A DNA stretch of 64,000 nucleotides from Fidelibacterota bacterium. GTDB lineage: Bacteria; Fidelibacterota; Marinisomatia; Marinisomatales; TCS55. The notes under the pieces are model-generated. The model ran no database searches. It was not told the origin of the DNA and saw only the letters and a program-made list of their open reading frames with translations. Positions within the stretch are counted from its first letter, which is position 1, and the number at the start of each line of letters is the position of its first letter. Positions 38,707-48,467 of the stretch are shown here, one piece after another. Where the stretch lies: the NCBI GenBank assembly GCA_046861385.1, contig JBHHTW010000001.1, positions 32,001 through 96,000 on the forward strand, written 5' to 3'. Made by a program: the position numbers and the translations under genes.

Positions 38707-38858
38707 GAATAATATTTTGGAATATTTTTTATCCTAACTCTTAATTCATATTCTTAATCTTTATCCAATTTCCATAATTTATCCTAATCCCTCGTTCCTT
38801 TTAACCCACTATCTTTTGTATTTTTTATATTCAATTTTAATCATATTTCAGAGGAATA

Positions 38859-39584
38859 ATGTCCGGACACAGTAAATGGGCGACCATTAAGCGTAAAAAA
38901 GCCGCTACCGATGCCAAACGCAGCAAGGTTTTTACTACGATTATTAAAGAAATAACGATTGCCGCCAGAGAAGGCGGTGGGGACGCAGAAAGCAATCCAA
39001 GACTACGCCAAGCTATCTCCAATGCCAAATCAGCGAATATGCCCTCTGACAACATCACCCGCGCCATCAAAAAAGGAACGGGAGAACTTCCGGGGGTGAA
39101 TTATGAAGAAGGAACGTATGAAGGATACGGCCCTGCCGGAGTAGCGATTTTTATGGACTGCCTGACGGATAATAAAAAACGTACAGTTGCAGAAATCCGC
39201 CATCTTATCACCAAATACGGCGGCAACCTTGGAGAAAATGGTTCTGTCGCATGGATGTTTGATAAAAAGGGACAAATAACTCTCAATGGAAATGACCTGG
39301 TGGAAGATACCGTTTTTGAAGCTGCATTGGACGCAGGCGCTGAAGACTTTGAAGTGGAAGGAGATACCTTTATTATTTCGACGGATCCGGGAGATTTAAT
39401 GTCTGTCCGCGACACTTTGGAAAGCCAGGGATATGAGATTGAATCGGCCACTGTGGATATGATACCGAATAATTTACAGAAAGTTGAGAGCGATAAAGAA
39501 CCGTCTGTTTTGAATTTGTTGGAAGCTTTGGAGGATCATGACGATATTAAAGCTGTTTATACTAATTTTGATTCTGAGGACTGA
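38859..39584 (+). CDS. yebC: YebC/PmpR family protein
   Basis: MSGHSKWATIKRKK, YEGYGPAG, TDNKKRT, LEDHDD. Confidence 0.96.
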   Translation: MSGHSKWATIKRKKAATDAKRSKVFTTIIKEITIAAREGGGDAESNPRLRQAISNAKSANMPSDNITRAIKKGTGELPGVNYEEGTYEGYGPAGVAIFMDCLTDNKKRTVAEIRHLITKYGGNLGENGSVAWMFDKKGQITLNGNDLVEDTVFEAALDAGAEDFEVEGDTFIISTDPGDLMSVRDTLESQGYEIESATVDMIPNNLQKVESDKEPSVLNLLEALEDHDDIKAVYTNFDSED

Positions 39585-40063
39585 TGCGGGTTATCGGATT
39601 TGATCCAGGAATTAATCATACTGGTTTTGGGATTCTTGATTACAATAATAGAAGTGCGAAAGCCCATGGTTATGGAGTCATCAGACCCCCACAAAAAAAA
39701 CCGCTATCTGAACGGCTGGAATATCTACATAATGAAACGATGAAGCTGCTGGAAGAGTTCAAACCGGATGTAGTGGCGGTCGAAGATTCATTTTATTCAA
39801 ATAATTTTAAATCAGCACTTATGCTTGGACAAGCTCGGGGAATGGTGATTTTGGCATCTGCTAGACGGAAAATACCATGTTCAGAATTTGCTCCGAGAAA
39901 AGTAAAACAATCCGTTGTTGGGAATGGAAATGCCAGTAAAGAACAAGTTCAGTACATGGTGCAAAATATTCTCAAATTAAAAGAAATACCAACACCATTT
40001 GATTCATCAGATGCCTTAGCTGTAGGGATTTGTTACATTAACCAATTTAAATTCACTCTATGA
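39584..40063 (+). CDS. ruvC: Crossover junction endodeoxyribonuclease
   Basis: IGFDPG, AVE, LGQARG, G.GNASKEQV, DSSDALA. Confidence 0.95.
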   Translation: MRVIGFDPGINHTGFGILDYNNRSAKAHGYGVIRPPQKKPLSERLEYLHNETMKLLEEFKPDVVAVEDSFYSNNFKSALMLGQARGMVILASARRKIPCSEFAPRKVKQSVVGNGNASKEQVQYMVQNILKLKEIPTPFDSSDALAVGICYINQFKFTL

Positions 40064-40650
40064 TTGACTCAATAAAAGGGCCTATTCATTATAAGGATCC
40101 AACATCGGTTGTTTTGGATATGCAAGGGTTGCGTTTAAAGGTATCCATCACTGTAGCTGCTTATAATTCTCTTCCGGACAAGGGGATGGTTACAGAGTTA
40201 TTGACCTACCTCAATGTCCGTGAGGACGTCCTGGAGTTGTATGGATTTTCAAATACCGAGGAACGAAATATGTTTTTAATGCTGAATACAATCAGCGGAA
40301 TCGGTCCTCGATCAGCCATGAATATCCTATCCGGATCTAATCCGACTGAATTCAAAAAGAATATTATCGCAGGTGATGTGAAATCTTTAACTGTTATTCC
40401 GGGGATTGGGACCAAAACAGCTAAGCGAATTATTGTCGAACTGAAAGAAAAGTTTGTAGATCAGGATGATGATAATATGGACTTTATGTTGGGTGCCGAT
40501 GATGGAAAAGCCGGCGATGCGATTATTGCTCTAATGTCTCTGGGGTACAAGAGAGGACATGTGAATCAGGCAATCCGCACTTTAGAATTAGCCGGCGAAT
40601 TGAATGGAAGCATCGAAGACATTATCAAAAAAGCGTTAAAAAAGCTATAA
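40060..40650 (+). CDS. ruvA: Holliday junction branch migration protein
   Basis: VRED..LYGF, ISGIGPR.A, IPGIGTKTAKRIIVELK, ALMSLGY. Confidence 0.95.
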   Translation: MIDSIKGPIHYKDPTSVVLDMQGLRLKVSITVAAYNSLPDKGMVTELLTYLNVREDVLELYGFSNTEERNMFLMLNTISGIGPRSAMNILSGSNPTEFKKNIIAGDVKSLTVIPGIGTKTAKRIIVELKEKFVDQDDDNMDFMLGADDGKAGDAIIALMSLGYKRGHVNQAIRTLELAGELNGSIEDIIKKALKKL

Positions 40651-40654
40651 GACT

Positions 40655-40686
40655 GATTGAATGATTGGCTGATTGGTAGATTGGTG
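40655..40686. repeat. G-rich octamer array, left arm
   Basis: gattgaat gattggct gattggta gattggtg. Confidence 0.85.
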
Positions 40687-40710
40687 TGAATTAATGATGA
40701 TAGGAATTTT

Positions 40711-41184
40711 GTGGCCGATATAAACATATTCATAAACAGAAATAAAAATATTAATAGGGGTTATCGAATATTAGAAGTCTGGATAGAAGCAATTGAATTA
40801 TTTGCACTTGTAAAAAAGAAAATAAAACCTATGAAATCAATTTCATTCAAAACGAAAGCACAAATCGAAGACTCAGGGATATCGGTTCCCTCTAATATTG
40901 CTGAAGGTTATTCTCGCAGATAAATGAAAGAAACAATTCAATATAATTCAATCGCTCTTGCCTCTCTTTCTGAAAACTATGCTCAATTGATTGCTCTTGT
41001 TGCATCTGATGACTTGGAAAGAGAATGGTTTGAGGAATATGATAAAAAACATTATTCGATAGAAAATAAATTAATCAAATACAATCGATCTATTGTAGAA
41101 AGATTGAAAAATTCTGGTGAATGGCGAACAGATTCTCAAGTATCCGAAATAATTGAACCATATTTACAAAATGAGAAAAAATAA
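40711..41184 (+). pseudogene. Four-helix-bundle (23S-IVS/Avd-like) protein interrupted by an in-frame TAA at 40921-40923
   Basis: Two abutting same-frame ORFs join as GYRILEVW..AIEL...QIEDSGISVPSNIAEGYSRR*MKE..QY..IALASLSE...Q. Confidence 0.85.
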
Positions 41185-41194
41185 TTGACTATGA

Positions 41195-41226
41195 AACCAA
41201 TCATTCAGCCAACCAATCATCCAATC
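41195..41226. repeat. C-rich octamer array, right arm (imperfect inverted copy of 40655-40686)
   Basis: aaccaatc attcagcc aaccaatc atccaatc. Confidence 0.85.
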
Positions 41227-41244
41227 AATTTTTAGAGTATTATA

Positions 41245-42438
41245 ATGAGAATCGCAGATCGAATTACTAACCTTGGAACTGAAACCGCATTTGCAGTTTC
41301 AGGACAAGCTCGAGAATGGGCAGAAAAAGGAAATAAAGTCTATCCTTTCCATCTGGGAGACATGAATCTTCCTACTCCGGATAATATAGTCGAAGCAGCC
41401 AACAAATATATAAGAGAACGGTATAATGGGTACGCTCCGCCCAATGGGATTTTGCCGCTGAGAGAAGCCCTTGCAGAAGACGTGGGTAATAAGCGGGGAG
41501 TGAAATATTCTCCTGATAATGTTTCCATCCAACCCGGTGGTAAACCGACAATTGGAAAATTTATCCAAGCGATTATGAATCCGGGAGATGAGGTTCTCTA
41601 TCCTAATCCGGGATACCCTATCTACGAAAGTCAAATAGAATATCATGGAGGTACAGCTGTTCCGTATCAATATGAACAAACTGAAACAGGGTTTGCAATT
41701 GATATTGATAGATTGAAATCATCGATATCGGATAAAACGACCGCGCTTATTTATAATAATTATAATAATCCGATTTCTGCTGAATCTTCTCGGACTGAAA
41801 TGGAAGCATTGGCAGAATTGGCGATAAAGAATGATCTCTGGGTACTCAGTGATGATGCGTATTATGAAATTCTTTATGATACCCAAGCACAATCCATAGT
41901 CAATATTCCCGGGATGCAGGAACGGACTGTGATATTGTATACATTTTCAAAAAAATTCGCCATGACGGGCTGGCGTCTGGGTGCTGCAATCGGGCCAACG
42001 GATGTTATTAATGTTATCAACAAACTCAATGTAAACGATGAATCATGCACCAACCATTTTCACCAGTGGGCAATGATTGAGGCGTTGGGTGAAAATCAAT
42101 CAGGAGCAAAATCCATCTTAAATACATTGCGAAAAAGAAGGGACGCTGCTGTTCATGGATTGAATGAAATTAACGGAATAGATATCACAACACCGGAATG
42201 TACATTTTATTTATTTCCAAACGTGACTAAAATCATGGAACGAAAGCAGCTCAAAGGTTTATCTGAATTACAATTAGGAGCACTGCATGACACGGGCGTT
42301 TCTTTTTGTACCAGAGAACATTTCGGACGAATCCAATCCGGAGAGACTGAATTCTATATACGACTGGCTTATTCTGGGATCACCGTTGATGAAATTAATG
42401 AGGGATTGGGAAAATTGAAGATATTTTTTGAAGCTTAA
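41245..42438 (+). CDS. Class I/II PLP-dependent aminotransferase
   Basis: NPGDEVLYPNPGYPIY, SDDAY, TFSKKFAMTGWRLG. Confidence 0.92.
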   Translation: MRIADRITNLGTETAFAVSGQAREWAEKGNKVYPFHLGDMNLPTPDNIVEAANKYIRERYNGYAPPNGILPLREALAEDVGNKRGVKYSPDNVSIQPGGKPTIGKFIQAIMNPGDEVLYPNPGYPIYESQIEYHGGTAVPYQYEQTETGFAIDIDRLKSSISDKTTALIYNNYNNPISAESSRTEMEALAELAIKNDLWVLSDDAYYEILYDTQAQSIVNIPGMQERTVILYTFSKKFAMTGWRLGAAIGPTDVINVINKLNVNDESCTNHFHQWAMIEALGENQSGAKSILNTLRKRRDAAVHGLNEINGIDITTPECTFYLFPNVTKIMERKQLKGLSELQLGALHDTGVSFCTREHFGRIQSGETEFYIRLAYSGITVDEINEGLGKLKIFFEA

Positions 42439-42489
42439 TAATGCTGAAGGGGACGCAAATTATGGGCCCCCTACAAATAATAATTATAA

Positions 42490-43566
42490 ATGAAAAAAAC
42501 TCCATTACATCTTAAACATATTGCTTTAAACGCCCGAATGGTTGATTTTTCCGGTTATAAGATGCCTCTTCAATATACTAGTATTGTAGATGAACATAAC
42601 GCGATACGAAATACATGTGGAATATTTGATGTGAGCCACATGGGTGAATTTATTATCAGCGGTGAAAATGCAGAAATATTTATAAATAAAATGACAATTA
42701 ATGATATTTCAAAACTGAGATCCGGAGAAGCTCAGTACTCAGCCATGTGCAATGAGACTGGTGGTATCATTGATGATATTTTGATTTACCGGTTTCCTGA
42801 TTACTTTATGATGGTACCCAACGCATCGAATTTGGATAAAGATTTCAACTGGTTGACCACTCACTGTCCGAATGAAGTGACGATCAAAGATGTCAGCCAG
42901 GAAACAAGCCTCATTGCTTTGCAAGGTCCTCAATCAAGAAATATTCTACAGAATGCAATAAATGTTGATATATCTGAATTGAAATATTATACGTTTATTC
43001 AGGGAGAACTGAATAACAAAAACGTAATCATCACCAGAACGGGATATACTGGGGAATTGGGATTTGAGTTATATACAGACAACAATACGATCAAAGATTT
43101 ATGGGATTTAATCGTTGCTTTGGGAGTCCAACCCTGTGGTCTCGGTTGTAGAAATACCCTAAGGATGGAAATGAAATTTTGCCTTTATGGAAACGATATT
43201 GATGAAACAACGAATCCTATCGAAGCGGGATTGGGATGGATAACCAAATTTGATACAATTGATTTCATCGGAAAAGCAGCATTATTAAATGCAAAAAAAA
43301 ATAAAACAAGGAGATTGGTTGCATTTGAAATGATAGAAAGGGCAGTCCCGCGAAAAGGGTATAAAATATTCTTTCAGGGAAATGAAATTGGCAGTGTCAC
43401 TAGTGGAACGCAATCACCTTCGTTGCAAAAAGGAATTGGTTTGGGGTATGTTCAGGAAGGGAAACATAAGTCCGAAACTGAAATTGAAGTGAATATTCGT
43501 GGAAAAATGAAAAAGGCCATGATAGTCAAACCACCATTTTATAAAAATGGATCTGCACAGTCATGA
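42490..43566 (+). CDS. gcvT: Glycine cleavage system aminomethyltransferase T
   Basis: KTPLH, FDVSHMGE, ALQGP, TRTGYTGE.GFE, LRME. Confidence 0.95.
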   Translation: MKKTPLHLKHIALNARMVDFSGYKMPLQYTSIVDEHNAIRNTCGIFDVSHMGEFIISGENAEIFINKMTINDISKLRSGEAQYSAMCNETGGIIDDILIYRFPDYFMMVPNASNLDKDFNWLTTHCPNEVTIKDVSQETSLIALQGPQSRNILQNAINVDISELKYYTFIQGELNNKNVIITRTGYTGELGFELYTDNNTIKDLWDLIVALGVQPCGLGCRNTLRMEMKFCLYGNDIDETTNPIEAGLGWITKFDTIDFIGKAALLNAKKNKTRRLVAFEMIERAVPRKGYKIFFQGNEIGSVTSGTQSPSLQKGIGLGYVQEGKHKSETEIEVNIRGKMKKAMIVKPPFYKNGSAQS

Positions 43567-44534
43567 GCGGTATTTTAGTTACGGGCGGCTGTGGTTTTAT
43601 TGGGTCTCATGTCATCGATACTCTTTTATCGCAAAAAAGGAGAGTGGTTTGCATTGATAATTTTAATGACTTCTATAACCCAGAAATAAAACGAATTAAC
43701 CAAAAACATCATCTCGATTATAAACGATATTCATTTCTTCAGGGTGATATCAGGGATAAAGCATTTATCAGTAAAGTTTTTACAACACAATCGATAGATA
43801 CGGTAATACATTTGGCCGCCATGGCAGGTGTTCGTCCATCTTTGGAAGAACCTTTGTTATATACAGATGTTAATATCAACGGAACACAAGTCATTTTAGA
43901 AGAAATGAAAAAGAGGAATATTAAAAAATTCATTTTTGCATCCTCTTCTTCAGTTTATGGTAATAATGATAAAATACCATTTTCAGAATCGGATATGGTA
44001 GATCAACAGATTTCCCCTTACGGCGCTACAAAAAAAATGGGAGAAGAACTGGTTTTTACTTACTCATATCTCTATAATATTTCTGCTGTTTGTTTACGGT
44101 TTTTTACAGTATACGGACCCAGACAGCGTCCTGAGATGGCCATCCACAAATTTGTTCGTCATATTTTCAACGATACGCCCATTCCTTTTTATGGAGATGG
44201 AACAACTTCGCGAGATTATACTTACATCGATGATATTGTTCGTGGTATACTTTCTACCCTTGAAACTGCAGACGAATTTATGATATACAACCTTGGAAAT
44301 TCTGAACCGGTGAAGCTGGCAGAACTGGTTTCCACAATTAGCGAAGTGATTGGAAAAGAAGCAATTCTTGATAGACAAGAGTTGCCCTCTGGTGATGTCC
44401 TACAAACGTATGCCGATATTTCCCGAGCGGAAACACGACTCGATTATAATCCTGAAACATCATTCTACGATGGCGTGGTTAAGTTTGTCGATTGGTATAA
44501 AACAGTAAAAAATAATTATCGAGATTTGTTTTGA
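43563..44534 (+). CDS. NAD-dependent nucleotide-sugar epimerase (UDP-glucuronate 4-epimerase-like)
   Basis: TGGCGFIG, HLAAMAGVR.S, SSSSVYG, YGATK, RFFTVYGP.QRP. Confidence 0.88.
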   Translation: MSGILVTGGCGFIGSHVIDTLLSQKRRVVCIDNFNDFYNPEIKRINQKHHLDYKRYSFLQGDIRDKAFISKVFTTQSIDTVIHLAAMAGVRPSLEEPLLYTDVNINGTQVILEEMKKRNIKKFIFASSSSVYGNNDKIPFSESDMVDQQISPYGATKKMGEELVFTYSYLYNISAVCLRFFTVYGPRQRPEMAIHKFVRHIFNDTPIPFYGDGTTSRDYTYIDDIVRGILSTLETADEFMIYNLGNSEPVKLAELVSTISEVIGKEAILDRQELPSGDVLQTYADISRAETRLDYNPETSFYDGVVKFVDWYKTVKNNYRDLF

Positions 44535-46900
44535 AAGATAGACGACTGGAAATACTTGGTATTCTTTCCATGACTGTGTCCATTTTAGTATTGATCAGTT
44601 TGATTGGATACAATCCCTATGAGGAACCCGGGATTTCTCCAAATGTGAATGTGGAGAACCCACTTGGAATTTTAGGAGTTTACATCTCTTATTTTTTCAT
44701 CAAATTTCTTTTTGGATATCCATCCTTTGTTCTCCCTATTTTAGGCGCCAGGTGGGGCTGGTATTTATTTAGTAAAAAAGAATTAAGATTATTCAATCGG
44801 ACTGCCGGATATATTATTGGTTCAGTCGTTCTTTTATCAGTGACCATTGGATTATTTGAAATCGGATTACAAAATAAAACCGGGCTTGAATTTACACTCA
44901 GTGGGTTAATCGGCGGGAGTCTGGCAAATTTCTTTCACAGTTTTTTAGGAATAATTGGCACTGTCATTTTATTGGTAGCTCTTTGGCTGATGTTAATCAG
45001 GGGCTATTTTGAATTTAGCCTATACGAACCAATAGAAAAATTTGGTATTTTACTTCAGAAAATGAGAGACCGGCGAAAACTAAAAAAAGATCTGATTACG
45101 TCGGAAAAAGCCAAGCGGGAACACACTCAGGATTTATTGAATAAATTCGATAATCAGCACGAAGAAGCCGTAGTATCTAATACTTCATCAACAAGATATT
45201 CTTCCAAAGCCGAAAAGCCTGCCGGAAGCAAAGATATAACTAATCAAACAGAACCATTGGATTCGGCCGAAAATGCTACTGATCAGTTATCCCCCAGCGA
45301 AGAAGAAGCCAGTCAAAAATCCGAGGAAAACATCAGAACCAAACAACCTATAAAAAAATCTGTTGAGTCTTTTGAAGTGGGTGAAATGGTCCAGGAAGAG
45401 GAAGTCAATTTGGACGAAGCATCGAATCGGAAGCAACCCAAACGAAAATATCAATTGCCATCTTCCGATTTATTAACGACACCAATTCATATTTCCGACG
45501 GAATGACACGGGATGAACTGGTAGATCGTGCAGAATTTTTAACACAATCATTACTGACTTTTGGAGTGAAAGGTAAAGTCGTAAATGTCAGTCCCGGACC
45601 GGTCATTACCCTCTTTGAAATTGAGCCGGACGAAGGGGTGAGGGTGAATAAGTTTGTTCAACTTTCGGATGATTTAGCTCGAGTAATGGAAGCAAGTCGT
45701 GTTCGGGTCATCGCTCCGATTCCTGGAAAATCCTCTGTGGGTATTGAGATTCCGAATCGAAATCCGGCAACCGTATTTTTTAAATCGGTTATTAATTCAG
45801 AGAAATTTGTAAACGCTGATTCAAAATTAACCCTGGCAGTAGGGAAAAATACTTCCGGTGAAATTTCAATTTTAGACTTAGCGACAATGCCTCACCTGCT
45901 CATTGCTGGCACCACAGGTTCTGGTAAATCAGTATGTTTGAATACAATTATATGCAGCTATCTTTACAGGCTGACCCCGGATGAATTAAAATTTGTTATC
46001 ATCGATCCAAAGAAAGTGGAAATGTCTTTATATCGAGCTTTGGAGGATTACCATCTGCTAAAAATAGAGGACATTGATGAACCAATCGTCACATCCGTTG
46101 AGAATGCTGTTTATGCCCTTCGCGCAGTAGAACGGGAAATGGGTCGGCGCTATGATGTATTGGCCGATTCGGTTGTTCGAAATATCGGTGAATATAATAA
46201 AAAAATGGTTATGCAGGGCGAACCTCAAATGCCGTTTATCGTCGTTGTGGTGGATGAGCTTGCAGATCTAATGATGCTGAATGCCAGAGAGGTAGAAGCG
46301 CCTATCGCTCGGCTTGCACAATTAGCCAGAGCAGTGGGAATTCACTTAGTTATTGCAACACAACGACCATCTGTTGATGTGATTACTGGATTGATCAAAG
46401 CCAATTTCCCATCCCGAATCGCTTTTCAGGTCGCGAGTAAAATTGATTCAAGAACCATTATTGATGGACCCGGAGCAGAAAAATTAATTGGTAAAGGAGA
46501 TATGCTGTATCTTGGCTCTGGTTCCTCTGATCCCGTTCGGATGCACAATGCTTTTGTAACTCTCGATGAAATTGAAGCCTTGATGGCACATATTCGCTTA
46601 CAACCAAAGGCCGAGGAAATAAGTCTACCTAGTATTCGAGAAGGTCAAACGGTGGATGGTGTCACGATTAGTGGAGATGATAATGGTCAAGATGACTTAT
46701 TAAATGAGGCGATTCGGTTGGTTGTTACACACCAACAAGGATCCATTTCTCTAATTCAGAGAAGACTTAAAGTTGGATATTCCAGGGCAGCTCGATTAAT
46801 CGACAAAATGGAACAAATTGCAGTCGTTGGACCTTTCACCGGTAGCAAAGCCCGTGAAGTGCTTGTTGATGAAACCTATTTACTACATTTAGATGAGTAA
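44531..46900 (+). CDS. ftsK: DNA translocase FtsK
   Basis: N-terminal TMs; PHLLIAGTTGSGKS, DELADLM, ATQRPS, gamma domain GYSRAAR. Confidence 0.96.
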   Translation: MKDRRLEILGILSMTVSILVLISLIGYNPYEEPGISPNVNVENPLGILGVYISYFFIKFLFGYPSFVLPILGARWGWYLFSKKELRLFNRTAGYIIGSVVLLSVTIGLFEIGLQNKTGLEFTLSGLIGGSLANFFHSFLGIIGTVILLVALWLMLIRGYFEFSLYEPIEKFGILLQKMRDRRKLKKDLITSEKAKREHTQDLLNKFDNQHEEAVVSNTSSTRYSSKAEKPAGSKDITNQTEPLDSAENATDQLSPSEEEASQKSEENIRTKQPIKKSVESFEVGEMVQEEEVNLDEASNRKQPKRKYQLPSSDLLTTPIHISDGMTRDELVDRAEFLTQSLLTFGVKGKVVNVSPGPVITLFEIEPDEGVRVNKFVQLSDDLARVMEASRVRVIAPIPGKSSVGIEIPNRNPATVFFKSVINSEKFVNADSKLTLAVGKNTSGEISILDLATMPHLLIAGTTGSGKSVCLNTIICSYLYRLTPDELKFVIIDPKKVEMSLYRALEDYHLLKIEDIDEPIVTSVENAVYALRAVEREMGRRYDVLADSVVRNIGEYNKKMVMQGEPQMPFIVVVVDELADLMMLNAREVEAPIARLAQLARAVGIHLVIATQRPSVDVITGLIKANFPSRIAFQVASKIDSRTIIDGPGAEKLIGKGDMLYLGSGSSDPVRMHNAFVTLDEIEALMAHIRLQPKAEEISLPSIREGQTVDGVTISGDDNGQDDLLNEAIRLVVTHQQGSISLIQRRLKVGYSRAARLIDKMEQIAVVGPFTGSKAREVLVDETYLLHLDE

Positions 46901-46903
46901 TAA

Positions 46904-47491
46904 ATGAATTTTCGGTTACCCCTGGCGGGGTTCATGTTTTTTTTATCTATTTCTTATGCTCTTGAGAATAATTTAGACTCTTTAAGTAAAGGTCTCCAAC
47001 ATTTGCAATATAAAAAAATTGATGTTACGTTAACTCAATTCCAATATGGTGAACGCTATTATTCTAAAATTTCTGTCTCATTTATAGATACATCATCTTA
47101 TTTAGTGACTTCGAATGAACAGGATATTTTTGTTTCTGATCGAAAGGTAAAAACCTGGAACAAAGTCACAAATCAGCTCATTATCGATAATAAAATCGAA
47201 GGGGATAAGGATATTTTTTCATTGTTAACCGGCGATTTGAATGGCGTCATTCTGCAAAATAAACGGAACGAAAACGGAATAATTACGTTTGGTTATTTTA
47301 TCAAAGATTATGGGTTAAAAGGCATATTGAAAGTGGAAGAGTTAACCTGGCATTTACGTGAAATTGAAATTGAATATGATCAGGATAATACAGTTCAGTT
47401 GACTATAGATAATTGGCAATTCTTACCAGAAAATATTTCATTTTCTGATTTTGGAAAAAAAGCAAATGAAGTGATCGATCTTAATGAGTAA
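46904..47491 (+). CDS. Exported protein, LolA-like
   Basis: Signal peptide; VSD.K..TWN..TNQLII; directly after ftsK, a common position for lolA. Confidence 0.5.
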   Translation: MNFRLPLAGFMFFLSISYALENNLDSLSKGLQHLQYKKIDVTLTQFQYGERYYSKISVSFIDTSSYLVTSNEQDIFVSDRKVKTWNKVTNQLIIDNKIEGDKDIFSLLTGDLNGVILQNKRNENGIITFGYFIKDYGLKGILKVEELTWHLREIEIEYDQDNTVQLTIDNWQFLPENISFSDFGKKANEVIDLNE

Positions 47492-48467
47492 AAATTACAA
47501 ATTTATTATTGGGTTTAGTATTAGCATTGGCGGTCTCTGGTATGCGTTTAAAGGAGTCGATTTAAATCAAATTAAAACCCACATTCTACAGGCGGATATA
47601 CAGTATCTTCTTCTTTCCGTCATCGTAATGATTGCCAGCGTTATTGTGAGGGCGATGCGCTGGAAATTGATCTTGATACCTCTGCATATATTCCCATTAA
47701 AACCCTTATATAAATCGACAATGATTGGATATTTTGGTAATGGGGTTTTACCATTTCGATTGGGAGAACTATTAAGAGCTTACGCCATTTCGAGGTCAAA
47801 TTATATTAGTTCTTCAGCTGCTTTTGGAACCATTTTACTGGAACGCTTATTGGACCTGATTGGCTTGGCTGTTCTGATGGCTTTCGTAGCATTATCTTCC
47901 CCTCTTATGGATTGGAGTAGTGGTGTATTGTTAGGGTTAATTATTTTTACTTCATGCGGTTTTATATTCGTATTATGGTTAGAAAAAAGTCATTCAAAAC
48001 TTCATGAAAAAGTAGTGCATTGGAAATTATTTAAAAAACGTTCCGGACAAACTGCTTTACGGATTATCAATAATATTTTTGAAGGATTAACATCTATTCG
48101 TCGAACCAAACATACAGGTAGCTTGATTTTTTATACCATTGCGTTGTGGTTAATGTATTTTGTATGTACATACTCGGTCGTTTTAGCAACGCATATTGAC
48201 ATCTCATGGATAGGCGCTTGTATCATTTTGATTGCCACGACGCTGGCAATCTCAATTCCATCAGCGCCAGGATATGTGGGGACGTATCATGCAGCCGCAG
48301 TTTATGTTCTTGTAAACATCTATAATGCAAGCATTGGTGAATCTCAAGCTTTCTCTGTGCTCATTCATGCTATTGGATATATTCCATTGGTACTAATTGG
48401 ATTTATTTATTTCCTCCAAAGTTCTATCCATTTTAAAGAGATTAAATCGGTTAACATTCCTTCATGA
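47484..48467 (+). CDS. Lysylphosphatidylglycerol-synthase TM / flippase-like membrane protein
   Basis: RAMRW, NGVLPFRLGELLR, ERLLD, PSAPG.VG. Confidence 0.82.
   Translation: MSKNYKFIIGFSISIGGLWYAFKGVDLNQIKTHILQADIQYLLLSVIVMIASVIVRAMRWKLILIPLHIFPLKPLYKSTMIGYFGNGVLPFRLGELLRAYAISRSNYISSSAAFGTILLERLLDLIGLAVLMAFVALSSPLMDWSSGVLLGLIIFTSCGFIFVLWLEKSHSKLHEKVVHWKLFKKRSGQTALRIINNIFEGLTSIRRTKHTGSLIFYTIALWLMYFVCTYSVVLATHIDISWIGACIILIATTLAISIPSAPGYVGTYHAAAVYVLVNIYNASIGESQAFSVLIHAIGYIPLVLIGFIYFLQSSIHFKEIKSVNIPS

Noticed and set aside
40711-41184. Diversity-generating retroelement (Avd-like gene)
   Set aside because: No reverse transcriptase and no TR/VR pair with adenine-specific differences were seen.
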